DNA of 63,456 bases, filler included, from Dirinaria sp. TL-2023a (GCA_051941275.1; 12 parts of 12 records of this genome joined end to end with filler, not necessarily neighbours in it); one strand, 5' to 3'; counted from the first letter of the whole stretch, positions 25,001 to 36,843 are shown. Numbers and translations: made by a program. The notes: generated by a model not told the origin, from the sequence alone.

Positions 25001-25846
25001 AAGGCCAAGCTCTCCCCGGACGAAGAAACGGTCATCGAGCTCAGCGAGGACACTGACGCTGAGGATCTTGAGATCTTCAATCCCACTGCAGAGGAGCTCG
25101 CACAGGAACCTACTACCCTCTCTACCGCAAGTAAAGCAAAGGCTCCCGCAGTGGCGGCCACGGCATTGGATCCTTCCAAAACCGACTTCCGCCCGGGAAC
25201 CCTCGATCATAGTACCCTCCCGATCCTCCAACCGCCAAGCTACGCAACCTCAACCGCGTCCAGGACTTTGCAGAAAGAACTCGCCGCGACGCTTAAGATC
25301 CAAGACACGCACGCAGCGCACGAGCTCGGCTGGTATATCAATGCGGAGCTGGTCACCAACTTTTACCAATGGATTGTCGAACTGCATTCCTTCGAACCCA
25401 AGCTTCCACTAGCCAAAGACATGAAATCTCGAGGTCTGAAGAGCGTCGTCCTGGAAATCCGCTTCGGCGGATCTTATCCCATGAGCCCGCCGTTCGTGCG
25501 CGTCATCCGGCCACGGTTCCTCAGCTTCATGGCCGGCGGCGGTGGGCATGTCACTGCCGGAGGGGCTCTGTGCATGGAGCTGCTCACGAATTCCGGATGG
25601 TCGGTCGCGAGCAACATCGAGAGCGTGCTTGTGCAGGTGCGGGCCGCGATCAGCAGCACGGATCCGAAACCGGCGCGCTTGGAAAATGGGCCTGTGAGGG
25701 ACTATGGGCCGGGAGAGGCCGTCGAGGCGTATATTCGCGCTTGTCAGGCGCACGGTTGGCAGGTCCCGGCGGATTTTCGGACGAATTATGGGGAGAATCG
25801 TGGTGCTGCTGGTGCTGGTGCTGGTGCTAGTTATGCCGTTGGTTAG
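22046..25846 (+). CDS. PARP6/8/16-type ADP-ribosyltransferase fused to a UBE2Q-like ubiquitin-conjugating (E2) domain
   Basis: ATG at 22046; probable 66-nt intron 22224-22289. Cys cluster CTEFCLVCH..PYVCDKPLC; ART motifs FAWHGS..NWHSI.REGL and GRAFGNGVYFS; UBC motifs YPMSPPFVRVIRPRF and GGHVTAGGALCMELL..SGW. Confidence 0.92.
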   Translation: MPRKAFIADLQQAVENLETEHISDLKAGDEDGTITFRFHADPNPSSSSSEGVKISAIVPGKSWVFDQIWPLCRVGLLTGRADVSDYPTSHAYIMCTDSADVPASINTAMRDIGDFAGAPIDQMLQKTAKILCKATAGSRANPVSLDDDPMIIDSSDPDDESEQLQSEDEEDYEDHGISDEWWDPQGPVVQALKPKATFARPKHRAEIIALNQRIRQDLQTAKQAGFRVGHLGTLMNGGEGSFVTVSCRISKLGISEEALRAWHLDPNEYFMLIIRYASGYQTYSQLAQGHDGSGDSVHVRVGLSRRYKISITEAIEAFSKTNDKAKEPNKPEDLGRDEKKEGLMPFFISRPLNDLMSSQLLACLKYRERYAFTWDGAEEYYYVHQGMSITSSDQLDEKYWKEEAPKIFLPKLVTGDHLADLRSQNAATRDASFPLLAMQFGLRHLVRCTEFCLVCHCRVAADFEALRPYVCDKPLCLYQYMALGFGPSIEHEITVQPYVVDLLVSFCYSSASTTNALKAFPNGMGLTVPSPKLVSAPALQAAPRSLLNTSNAGDTPPDKTGTAAVLAAGEHTRVRYSARFDIHGMELIFPPDDQIRPLRLGNWVCVTNPDNNEQKMHCRVIETLYPVVRLSPAIVGGKATNPRAGALVTSSLKGTTITPAATPPLEQQRASTTTKLPAVEFVVYDQNFDELSNEDKQKCIRMLLDTIPGVLEMKEYLQSGRHKTLQSWTDRLSPAALGVLRWIIASNRSCIIQVDNLEGGLRKSEERVSGMPEYMQFRFAQGAPDKEQRFMTSMRSEIPNMSKPQYPTLFAWHGSSLYNWHSIVREGLHFNQIINGRAFGNGVYFSPQANTSLTYSGSLRRYSLLGPAGEETASPSWMWPHSLLRISDALSLNEIINRPEQFQSASPHFVVAQLDWIQTRYLFVRCNNAALTGDLLKTDVVPTNAYAQDPKYRVIGVLDKAIVIPLTAVSKSRRPSTSVKNQGKKKAKLSPDEETVIELSEDTDAEDLEIFNPTAEELAQEPTTLSTASKAKAPAVAATALDPSKTDFRPGTLDHSTLPILQPPSYATSTASRTLQKELAATLKIQDTHAAHELGWYINAELVTNFYQWIVELHSFEPKLPLAKDMKSRGLKSVVLEIRFGGSYPMSPPFVRVIRPRFLSFMAGGGGHVTAGGALCMELLTNSGWSVASNIESVLVQVRAAISSTDPKPARLENGPVRDYGPGEAVEAYIRACQAHGWQVPADFRTNYGENRGAAGAGAGASYAVG

Positions 25847-26465
25847 AGTGCTGATGGTAGCTGAGAGTCTCGAAACGGCTTATGGGGAAGATGGGTTCGA
25901 TGCGCGGTGGGAAGGTGAGATGATGGAGAATGCATAGTCCTTGTCTAGGAAACAAGGGGAAAAGCCGAAAAGGAAAGAAAATGGAGACTTTTGAGAGCTG
26001 AACCTAGCTCACTGAGGAAGAAACGATAAGATGCATAAACGCATGAGGGAGAAAAATGGAGCTAAGCAGTGCGAAAAAGAAAAAAATTAAATTTGCACAA
26101 TCGATCGAAGAAATCAGAGTTCGATTCAGTTCTAGTTTTACGGGTACGAAGGACAGCAGTAGATAATACAACGGAACCGATCAATTTGCGAAGTGGATAT
26201 CTGGGCGTCATAAGAGATGCTTGATATCCACATGAGGGAGAGAAACGAGTAGGATCAAGAAAACAAAAAGAAAAGAAAAATGGAATAGAGAGAAACAGGT
26301 TCCGATATTTCTACTATGATTTTACTTGATAATGCAATGAAAACTTAAAAACTGATTCTTTTCTCTCACGCCCCTTCTTTAAAAAGATAGAGAGAGAGAG
26401 AAAAAGGATTTGAATCTTTTCTCGACTTTCTGTATATTTCTTTTTTTGGACTTGGTTTTATTGGT

Positions 26466-26508
<43 letters not shown>
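26466..26508. repeat. (TTG)n microsatellite, about 14 units
   Basis: Read directly, at the contig end. Confidence 0.95.
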
Positions 26509-26522
26509 GATAAGAAATTATC

Positions 26523-26622
26523 NNNNNNNNNNNNNNNNNNNNNNNNNNNNNNNNNNNNNNNNNNNNTTAATTAATTAANNNNNNNNNNNNNNNNNNNNNN
26601 NNNNNNNNNNNNNNNNNNNNNN
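26523..26622. other. Artificial contig linker
   Basis: N44-TTAATTAATTAA-N44. Confidence 0.99.
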
Positions 26623-26862
26623 GTGGTAGACAGTCTAACTTCATTGGGGTTTTGGGCTTGGCTGTTGGAATCAGAAGGTCCGGCTGACTCGGCTGACACC
26701 GATGACACCGGCAATATCAGTGATATTTCTGCATTTGCCCCGCGATATCAGTGATATTTCGGGAGCAACTGACAACCAAATTATCCCCTGCATATACCTT
26801 ATGGCTCCTGGTGCCACCTCGTCGCCGGTATGCTGGTTAGTAAGCATATTTTGGGGGCTGAG

Positions 26863-27184
26863 ACAGTAAGGTAGGTAGTAAGGTTTTTCGCATGGGTTTT
26901 CGCATTTGTTTTCTTATGATATTTCCTATGATAGGCAGTATGGCAAGCAGTATGACAGGCAGTATGGCAGGCAGTAAGGTTTTTCGCATGATTTTTCGCA
27001 TGGTTTTTCCTATGGCAGGCAGTATGAAAGGCAGTATGAAAGGCAGTATGAGAAGCAGTATGGAAGGCAGTATGATTTTTCGCATGGTTTTTGGCATGGT
27101 TTTTCCTATGCCTTTTCTTATGGTTTTTCGTATGGCAGGCAGTATGGCAGGCAGTATGGAAGGCAGTATGGTAGGCAGTATGGT
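26863..27184. repeat. Compound 12-bp-period minisatellite (GGCAGTATGGCA / TTTTCGCATGGT units)
   Basis: Alternating blocks of the two 12-mers; overlapping ORFs show a 4-residue periodicity. Confidence 0.85.
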
Positions 27185-27480
27185 TGCTCGTTGCAGCCGC
27201 CGCCTTCCTTTTCCCATCGAGCAAGTTCGTCGCTTGCCTTTTTTCCTATGGTCATGATCTGGCAATTATCAACGAAATACTTGAGCATTGCTCAATCTGT
27301 TTGAAATCTGGATGTTAATGAGGAAATGATTTGTTGTGGTAATTTGAGTGGCAATTGATCAATTCTTTTGGTTCTATTCTATCTCTAAGATCTATGGAAA
27401 GCCTCATGATATCTACCCAATTTGCCCAGTGCAGACATGAGGATGACTTGAAAGTGCTCGCTTGTAGTCGTGCGAACTCA

Positions 27481-28496
27481 TCAATCGGTCATCGAGATGT
27501 CCTTGATCGTTTTCTTTCCCTCGCTACGATTACCGGTTAATGAAGATTAAAAACGACGATTGAGGATGACCCACTAGATTGCTTTCGTAGCAGCAAGTAT
27601 CGACTGCCAATCCTCGAAGACTGTGAAGGGAAGACCCTCACGCTCACAGTATGTTACGAGGTCTGAAAGCATGAGCGCAGTCACTTTAGCAGGCTTCGGA
27701 AAATGAGCACTCACCCTTGCCCTTCTTTGCAAACAGCATGTCAGTCTCCCGTGCCGCCGAAAGATCAGACACACCATCTCCCGCATAGAACAGCGTGGGC
27801 CTAGGCTCGTCCGGATGCTCAGCAAAATGTTTTGCGTACGGTCGGATGGTGAGCGACTTGTCATGGCCAAAGTCGCTGTCGTCGTGGTATTGGATGTTCC
27901 AGCCGCCCTCTTGCTCTTTCGTCTTGCCTGGCCTGTCGACAACCTCGTTGCATACGATCTCGATATCTTCCGCTTCCGGGCCGACTAATTGAAGGAGAAG
28001 TGCACGTATGATGGGTGTCATGCCGGAAGATAGGACAATGACGGGGACTTTGGCCTCACGTGACCATTTGTAGAAGTCGTTGAAGTATGGGTCCAGCTTA
28101 ATATTCTTGCAGAGGAGATCGATGCACTCAGGGAACGGGGTCTTGACACTATCTATCATCTCCTGAAAGGAGTCTCTGTAGCCAGGCTAAGTATTCTTCA
28201 ACCAGAGAATGCAGATTCGGCGGTACCGGAACGTTATCTTGCCATTCAGAGTGTCCAGGTTGCCCTGTTTGCGCAACTCTTTGCCGAAGCCCAGATTGTC
28301 TGTCTTGCACAATGAGCGTGGTAATGGGAAAGGTCCGTGGCCTAGGCTCTACCATCCAGTCATTGCCTGCGGGCATTAGTTTTTGCACTGGTATCTAAAC
28401 ATTGGCTTGCTCACTGTCTTTGAGCGTAATTGTGCCGTCGAAATCTGTAAAGAAGATGCACTTTGGCTTGCTCTTCAGGGTCTCCGGGTAAGGCAT
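27481..28496 (-). CDS. HAD-superfamily phosphatase (MtnX-like / yeast Pyp1 YNL010W-like)
   Basis: Multi-exon. Motif I FFTDFDGTIT, motif II VLSSG, GHDKS, motif IV YAGDGVSD; ends IYEGKKTIKDISMTD*. Confidence 0.9.
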
Positions 28497-29323
28497 GATT
28501 ACGACTTCTACCACACGGAATCGAGAGAGGCAGGAGTAGGCGCTGGCGCGGTAGCAAGAGTGGTAGTACTTGATGGTCGAGTAAGAAAAAGTTTGGAGCA
28601 AATTGTACGCGACACATATTCTTAAAGGCGCACAAGAATTTTTTTTGGTGCTGGTGGGGGAGGGGTCTTCCTAGGGCTTGCTCCGGAGCACGTTCTTTAG
28701 CGGTGCTGCCGGGTTGGCTTAAGCACTGGTCCCACCTAAAAGCCACCAAGCAGGAAGCAGGCGCTAGCTCTTTATTGGGGGCCTACAATGACTATGTGGC
28801 TACAGTGTACGTTCGGGGGCTTATACCACACTGAATGTTAAAATTTATACATACTGTTGGTAGACCGTAAGGAAGCAAGTACCGTTTCTGAAGTTGATTG
28901 AAGAATTAGCTCCAAGGGAGAAACCTTTTCATTCGGGTCACTTTTCGTAGTAGCCTTGGTGGTGGAGATACCAGATACCTTTGATATCCAATACTCCGCT
29001 TGCTTGTAACTAGCGCCATGACATGGTTCTGATGACAATGTCGAGGCGCCCAGGAGCGCGGCTTCAGTTAAGCTCCGGGCAGCCCTTTACCCCCGACCGC
29101 ACTGCCAAAATTCTTTACTCGTAACACACGAAAGGGCCATCACTACGAAAGTCCTTGACTACTTCCTCTAAGACATTGCAAACGATATTCAAGCAGTCAT
29201 CACAGATTACATTAGTCGGGGCACATTCCACCACATCTCATAATTCTCAAGTACGACTCTCCATACCTTGTGATTGCCGAACAGCCCATATTGAGCGACA
29301 AGTAGTTACCCACGGGCGCAACC

Positions 29324-31454
29324 ATGGCGCCTAGAGAGACGTCGCAAGAACGTACCAATACCCCGGATGTGGTCGAGAAAGGCTTCGCAACCATCAACAC
29401 CCTCAGGTATGTGTCCAAATCCGTGGCTCTAGATGTCGCATAGCCTTCAGAATCATGATCAGTCGCTCAGAATTACTCTAGGATCGGTGTGAAAGCTTTC
29501 GTTGAAAAGGTAAGCCATTTCCTACTGAACTTTTGCGACCGGCTCGCTTGGAGGCGGCGCTTCCCTCAAAGTGATTTTTTTTTACTACCTCGCGGACTTC
29601 ATTGGGTTCGATATCTTGCTTTCTCTTTACATGCCTCATTCCTTAAGCGCTCTTTCTGTGTCACAAGAAAACCTACATTCCTTGTATCCTTCTTTTCCAC
29701 TTTGCCGCTACAGAGATCTTTCTATGTCAAGATCACCACATCCCTTCTCCCAGCCGTCACGGAAAAATAGCTAGATGCTGGGTCTGACCTCGCATCCAGG
29801 ATGGCGAGAAGCGTAAGGCCGAGATTCTGTCTATACAGAGCAGAAAGGGGCAGCCAAATTACTAGTACGGATTTTCATCCATATCATTTTTTGATCCAGT
29901 CCTGCACTAACAGGCCCCAAGTGTCCACTATGAAGAGTTCAACAAGCGTCTCGATGGTACAATCTTCCCCCTTCCCAGCACACGAACCTCAATCTGAACA
30001 CCCGTTAACAAACGTCAGAATGGATTCCTGCATCCCGCCTCGACCTTACTCAAGAAGTCGAATGGCCTGTGCCAGAAGCCCCTTCCAAATCAAAATCCCA
30101 GAAAGCCCCGCCCACGAAGAGCCAGTCGGCGCCCAAATCCACCGCCGGTCAGAAACGGCCTCGAGGGACGGCCAGCCGCAAAGGGTCCGAAGCGCCGCCA
30201 GAGTTGAGCACTACAACCGGCAACGCCGCGCGACCTGCTCGGCCCTCGCTCGTGGGCGGCAAGGAAAACCGGCCTGGCAGCGATGGCTCGATCTCAGTGA
30301 TTGCGCCAGAGATCGTGACGGGCACGCCGCGCGAAGGCGAAGGCGAAGATTCCGAAATCGAGCTGAACGACCTCCAAGACGCAGCCGCAGCGGCGAAAGC
30401 ATCGGCGCCAGACTCGCGGCAACCTTTCTCGCGGGAGGAAGAGATCGAGAAGCTGCGCACGGGGGGATCGATGACGCAGAACCAGACGGAAATCTCGCGC
30501 GTGCGCAACCTGTCCAAGATCCAAATGGGCCGGTACGAGATGGAACCGTGGTACTTCTCCCCCTACCCATCCTCCTTCACCGACGCCGAGATCGTGTACA
30601 TCTGCGAATTCTGCCTGTCGTACGCGCCCGGGCTGCGAGAATTCGAGCGCCACCGCTCCAAATGCACGTTGCTCCACCCACCGGGCAACGAGATCTACCG
30701 CGACGACTACGTCAGTTTCTTCGAGATCGACGGGCGCCGCCAGCGCCGCTGGTGCCGCAACCTGTGTCTGCTGTCGAAGCTGTTCCTGGACCACAAGACG
30801 CTGTACTACGACGTCGACCCGTTCCTCTTCTACTGCATGACCACGCGCGACGCCAACGGCTGCCACCTGGTCGGCTACTTCTCGAAAGAGAAGGAGAGCG
30901 CCGAGGGCTACAACGTCGCCTGCATCCTCACCCTGCCGCAGTACCAGCGCAAGGGCTTCGGGCGGCTGCTCATCGCGTTCAGCTACGAGCTCAGCAAGCG
31001 CGAGGGCAAGCTCGGCAGCCCAGAGAAGCCGCTCTCGGATCTCGGGTTGCTGGGTTACAGGGCGTACTGGGCGGAGACGGTGGTGGATGTGCTGACGGAC
31101 GAGGCGCGGGGAGGGGAGATCAGCGTCGAGGATGTGGGTTCTTTGAGCGCCATGACGACGGCGGATGTGCTGCACACGTTGCAGAATATGAATATGTTGC
31201 GCTACTCGGTAAGTCCTCCCCTTTCCCTTTCTTCTCCTCTAATGATTTCATAAGCGGCGGGGAAAAAGTGGCTGATGCAGATGAAAACTATACAGAAAGG
31301 CCAACACGTCATCGTCCTGACCAACGCCGTCCTCGACGCCCGCGAAAAGCAAAAGGAGAAGGAGAAGATCAAGGGCAAACGCCGCATCGACCCGGAGCGC
31401 CTGCAGTGGAAACCACCTGTCTTTACGGCCAGCAGCCGCACTTGGAATTGGTGA
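29324..31454 (+). CDS. ESA1: MYST histone acetyltransferase, NuA4 catalytic subunit
   Basis: Tudor-knot [79 protein letters not shown]-terminus [15 protein letters not shown]. Confidence 0.97.
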
Positions 31455-31820
31455 TTTTTCTCTTTTTTTTTGTCCCCCTTCTTTTATTGGTTTTTTGGGG
31501 GGGGGGGGATTTTCTAAGCATGAGCATCAGCATCTCCCTTATATCTCTAGCACAGTACAGTACAGCGAAGGAAGTTTTCGGGCATGGAGTAAAAAACTTG
31601 GGGTGCGGGGGGATTATCTTTTTTTTTTTTTTTTTTTTTTTTGCGTGTATGTGTATGTATGTGTTCGGATTCGGATTTCATGATACCCCTAATTATCATC
31701 ATCATCATCATTGTTTTAGATAGTTTATTTCAGTCTAGATAGGTCGCTCTGTCAAAAAAATTTAACCTCTGGTTTTTGTTTTCTCTCACTTGCTCTCTCC
31801 CCAACCCCTCTCTTTTTGTG

Positions 31821-31920
31821 NNNNNNNNNNNNNNNNNNNNNNNNNNNNNNNNNNNNNNNNNNNNTTAATTAATTAANNNNNNNNNNNNNNNNNNNNNNNN
31901 NNNNNNNNNNNNNNNNNNNN
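31821..31920. other. Artificial contig linker
   Basis: N44-TTAATTAATTAA-N44. Confidence 0.99.
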
Positions 31921-33168
31921 TCTTGGCATGTCAATTTACAGCGGCATCGGTGCATTCTCATGCTTCAAAAGTCCATACTTATTGCTTAAGCATCTCATCT
32001 CTCTCTGTCCCAAACATCTAGTCAGGCTGCAAGGTCCCATTAAATGTAATAGAAAGCGAGAACAAATAATTGATTGGTTGCTCCAATATGTCAGTCCTTG
32101 GCTTGCACGCACTCTACTTTCTCCACTCTCTGCCTGTCTTCTGTTTTTCTTCTCGCTCCCCCGTTTCTGCCTGTCCTTCGTCCCATTACTCCCCCTTCCT
32201 CCATCTCATCGTAGTTATTCTCTGCATTTCTGCCCCATCTTCATCCTCTTCTCTCGACGTTGAGGCCTTTGTCTCCAATTTCAATTCGGAAAATCCCGTT
32301 ATCGATCGGGAGGCGCATGACAGACTTATCGGGATGTAACTGGAACATCCAGGAAGTTAATTTGCATAGGCCGCTGTCGATAGAGTTTTTGAAAGTACGC
32401 ATCATCTGGCATGTTTCCATCTTTATAGATTTTGAAAACCCGTGCCCAATGCTCACATTGTAAATACCAGTATGATACGAATCGACTGGCGAATCAGGTA
32501 TTGATTTTTTGCTGTTAAATTCCGGCAGAAGAACTTTCTTACTAGCCTTGGCAAGGACAAAAGTTTCCCAGTTGGCCGGCGGGGACTGCTGTCTTTTGCC
32601 ACTTTCTTAGCCCACCTTGCAGCTTTAATCTTCATAATCCTCGCTCTTCTCTCCTAAAGCGGCACGACGAAATTACTCGATCTTGAAGATCGTGCAGAAA
32701 TGAATATTTTCAGTCCGAGGAAGGGAGACTCTTATGCTCATGGCACGATATGAAGAAAAAAACTGAATAGCTTTTCTTGGCAGCAGTGAGACTCACTATT
32801 GTAATAAGAAAGTAAAAGAGACGCAGCAGACAATAGGCAAAGCTCGATTTGACTCTTCGCAAAGAAGAGATTTACTGGTGTAGAAAGAGAGGTAAATAGC
32901 TTATGACGTGGTAGGGAGAGATTAATTCAATTGCTCTGGTCGATAATCATTAAGTCAACCATTGCAAAGAAGGGAAAGAGGGAGTTCGTGAAATCGTTTA
33001 GTGGCTAGTAAACGGAAGAAGGTATTCGAGCTGGAGAATACAGAGTATAAAGTAATCTTACGATGCCGAGGGCAAACTGAGCAATAGGAGGTTGGATATC
33101 TAGCTAGCTTTCTTTTCAACATAAGACCAGCAGCATCGTAACAACAGAGACCTCGCGATGGTAGCAAT

Positions 33169-34074
33169 TCAGAGAGAACGAGGTAAGTCAAGGCTGATGA
33201 GCCAGGGTGCATTTTCGGGCTTGTTATCCGCAGTCATGATAGCCGCATTGACAGCCAGTGTTCGGTCTCCATGACCATCTTTCCACACGAAAGGGTCGGG
33301 GTAAGGATTTTGAATAGCGTTCCCTTCGCCAAAGGCTTCTCCTGTGGCTCTCTTCCAATCAACTACTTTGATGCCATTCCCCTCGTGAATGTGACCAAAG
33401 CAGTGCATCATCGGCTTTACGCGACGTATAGCCTGGAGAATGTTATCGCAACCAGCGTTGCCCTGGGCGCACCCGTCGAGAATGCCTTTAGGTGGTCCAT
33501 GTGTCATGACGATGTCAACGTTTTCCGGTATTGGATTCGTAGCAACAGAGGTCGCGCCGGGTGCAACTTGATATGGTGTATTGAACCGGTCTTCATGATG
33601 CGGGTATGCAAAAGCCCAGTCGCAGAACGCTGGGGTGTAAGGGGATACGTAGATCGAAAATGTTGCTCCACTCCTCAATGTCAACGAATGGGTTCCTTCA
33701 TCTAGGTAGGTGACTCCTGCGTCTTTTGCGAGCGGTCCTGTCATAGCCTCGACGGCCAGAAGGTGGTCTTCTGGGTCTTCTGGGTTACCATCGTAATCAG
33801 TTTGCGCTTCCCAGTAATGCTTGTCGAGTTCCAAGTCGTGATTGCCCGGAATTATGAGCTTCAGCTCTGCGTCGATGCTTCCGAGCATCTTCAGCGCCCT
33901 TTTGAAAGATGAGACTCCACCGCAATGCGTCAAATCGCCACAGTGGAGAAGTACGTCGGCTGTGGGTACCGGTAGCTGTAAAGGATGTGAGGTTTCAGCT
34001 GAGTCATCAAACTCGAAATTGTGAGTGTCGGAGATGACAAGGAACTTCGTTGAGATAGTCGATTGCAACGCCAT
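33169..34074 (-). CDS. Calcineurin-like metallophosphoesterase (239FB/MPPED-like)
   Basis: Intronless. ISDTH, HCGDLT, PGNHD, THGPP and FGHIHE motifs. Confidence 0.92.
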   Translation of the reverse strand: MALQSTISTKFLVISDTHNFEFDDSAETSHPLQLPVPTADVLLHCGDLTHCGGVSSFKRALKMLGSIDAELKLIIPGNHDLELDKHYWEAQTDYDGNPEDPEDHLLAVEAMTGPLAKDAGVTYLDEGTHSLTLRSGATFSIYVSPYTPAFCDWAFAYPHHEDRFNTPYQVAPGATSVATNPIPENVDIVMTHGPPKGILDGCAQGNAGCDNILQAIRRVKPMMHCFGHIHEGNGIKVVDWKRATGEAFGEGNAIQNPYPDPFVWKDGHGDRTLAVNAAIMTADNKPENAPWLISLDLPRSL

Positions 34075-35188
34075 CGCGGCTGGTATCAAAGAGCTCCTTG
34101 ATTGTGGGCGCTGGATCTGTGACTTTTTAAGGGATGGGTATGAGTAATAGCACTTAAAATGCGGTTGTGGCGAAATGTCCCAAGGTTCCAGGCGTTAGCT
34201 CTGACAATGACTTGGCGAAGAGAGCTTAAGCAAGTTTTAATAAGACGGAGAGACTTCAAGCAATATGTAAAAATGAGTGACGTTTAGAGATATCTGTTCG
34301 GCAGAATCCACACATATTTTAAGGAGAACCGAGAAATGGCACATAGAAAATTTCGAAGTGAAGATGCCAATCGTTCACCGAAAGTGGTACGATTGAGCTC
34401 TTCTAGAATGCCGCTTCAGACCAAGAAATCTCCCTAGAGTTCTGACCAATCCTTCGTCACATTCTTTGCCTCTTCTAGAGCTTTTCCATGCGAGGACCGG
34501 AGAGTCAAATCATAAGGAGAGCGCCGAAAAAGGAAAGCATGTGTTTCTAAAACATAGACTCCCGCTGCCGGCACACCCTCTACTCTGCTGACACGCCACC
34601 CTTCCTACTAAGTACTCGTTTTCGTATGGTGAGGAATCAGACCTCTTTGATGCCTCGGGCGTAAGTTTTTCCATTTCTCTAATTCGATACTAGTCGAATT
34701 TCAGGCAAAAACGGTTCAACGAAGTGACGACAGACTGATTAAAGACGAAAGTGCCGCTTTAAATTGACAAATCGTTAATGATTAAAGAAGTGAGAAAAAG
34801 ATAGATGAGAATGAATAGAGGGAACGAGGGCTTGGCAGCAAAGCTCAAGTGGTTTGGCGATAGCGATCTCCAAAAATGTATTCTTACATTGATCATCCAT
34901 GCATTTACATGCTCAACAATTTTGCCTCCACACAAACCACCATGGTTGAAGCACCCAAGGTAAGGAGCCTCTACATATGCTGAAAGTGGTTTGAATATAC
35001 TGTAGTTGTTAGAAGATTAAACCTAAATAATATTCAGTAATCCATGCGTTCTTTACTTGCGGAACATACAGGTGTGTACTGCAAAGCAACACCTTTCCAG
35101 CACACTAGATTCATCAAGATCAAGGCTAGCAGGCTAGCCAGATATGGCGCGCTTTACCCGATGAGGGAATTCACTATACGCACTTACT

Positions 35189-35200
35189 ACGCGTGTCGCG
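35189..35200. promoter_or_regulatory. MCB (MluI cell-cycle box) element
   Basis: ACGCGTgtCGCG about 210 bp upstream of the RFC3 ATG. Confidence 0.55.
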
Positions 35201-35404
35201 CAAACCATAAAAAAGGCAGCTAAGGCATGCGATACATACAATCCGTCAACCAACGTCTTGTCAAATAAATCCACCTCTCCTAACTCGGAACCTTGACCAT
35301 TGCTGATCCATCTATCACGTCAATTGAGCTTACTCATCAGTATCTTCAGGCTTCATCTTTCCCTAGGCAAATTCAGGCTCTTTTGTTTATTTCCGGGTTG
35401 CAGA

Positions 35405-36843
35405 ATGTCAGACTACGATGATGACGATGGGATGGACATTGATGTACCTCCTGCCAAAGACTCCATAACATTCAATTCCGACAATACCAATGCGAAAGGG
35501 AAAAGAAGCGCAGCGAATTTGCCCGTAGAAGCAGAGGACAGCCTACCTTGGTAGATCGAAGCCCGAGCCAGATTCGTATTGCTTCGTGGTTGATAATGAC
35601 AGGGTAGAGAAGTATAGACCGGATACTCTCGACGATGTCTCAGGGCATCAAGATATTATTGCTACAATCAACAAATTCGTAGACTCGAATGTAAGGTGCT
35701 TGTTCTTTCCACCTCGCAATGTCCATGCTAAGACCCCCGACTAGCGACTACCACATCTCCTACTGTATGGACCGCCGGGTACAGGGAAGACATCCACCAT
35801 TCTAGCGTTGGCGCGGCGAATATACGGTGTGAAGAACATGCGGCAGATGGTACTAGAGCTCAATGCCAGTGACGACCGCGGAATCGATGTCGTCCGAGAA
35901 CAAATCAAGACGTTTGCCAGTCTGTTTATGAGCTTCAGAAACCGCTAGCTAATAGGTGCTGATGCTCTGATGCAGGCACGAAGCAAATCTTCACCGCTAT
36001 ACCTAAAGCAACCGAAAACCCTTCCATAGCGTCGTTCAAGCTCATCGTTCTCGACGAAGCGGACGCAATGACATCGACCGCACAGATGGCTTTACGTCGC
36101 ATCATGGAAAAATACACCGCAAACACCCGATTCTGTATCATTGCAAACTACACTCACAAGCTCTCGCCAGCATTGCTCTCCAGGTGTACAAGGTTCCGAT
36201 TCAGTCCCTTGAAGGAACCAGACATAAGATCCCTTGTGGATCTAGTCATCGAGAAAGAAAACATCAAAATCCAACCTGATGCTGTCGAGAGCTTGGTGAA
36301 GCTAAGCAAGGGAGACATGCGGCGAGCCCTCAACGTTCTCCAGGCCTGCCATGCGAGCAGTAAGATCCACCAACCTGACACACAAAGCTCCTCATCCCAC
36401 CCTCCCTCCTTTACTAATAGTCACGCATAGATACCCCTCTCCCCACAAAATCCAACCCTAAACCCGCAGCCTCCACGGACCCGATCACAAACACTACGAT
36501 CTACACCTGCATCGCGGCTCCTCCCCCCTCAGCGATCCACACCATCCTCTCGACCCTTCTCTCGACGCCCGACATCACCTCCTGCCTCTCTACAATCAAC
36601 ATCCTGAAAGCTACCCAAGGCCTGGCCCTCGCAGATATATTGACTGCGTTGGGGGAGGAATTGAATAAATTGGATGTGCCGGCTCCGGTAAGGATATCCT
36701 GGCTTCAAGGCTTGGCGGAGATAGAATGGCGGCTGAGCGGTGGTGGCGGAGAAGTGGTGCAGACGGGGGGTTTGGTCGGGGTGGTCAGAGGAGGGGTGGA
36801 GCTTATGGAGAAGAATGGGAATGTGGAGGGCTTGCTTAAATGA
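35405..36843 (+). CDS. RFC3: Replication factor C small subunit (yeast Rfc3 / human RFC5 type)
   Basis: [46 protein letters not shown] motif; multi-exon. Confidence 0.93.

Noticed and set aside
26799..27224. Multiheme cytochrome from CHTACH repeats
   Set aside because: The spacing is CxxxCH rather than CxxCH, there is no ATG or signal peptide, and the pattern comes from a 12-bp satellite.
29801..31723. 640-aa Arg-rich ORF and antisense ORFs overlapping ESA1
   Set aside because: Shadow frames caused by high GC3 in the real ESA1 frame; no recognisable motifs.
31928..32635. Short ORFs at the start of contig 7
   Set aside because: No coherent spliced model or motif; purine/pyrimidine-biased low-complexity sequence.
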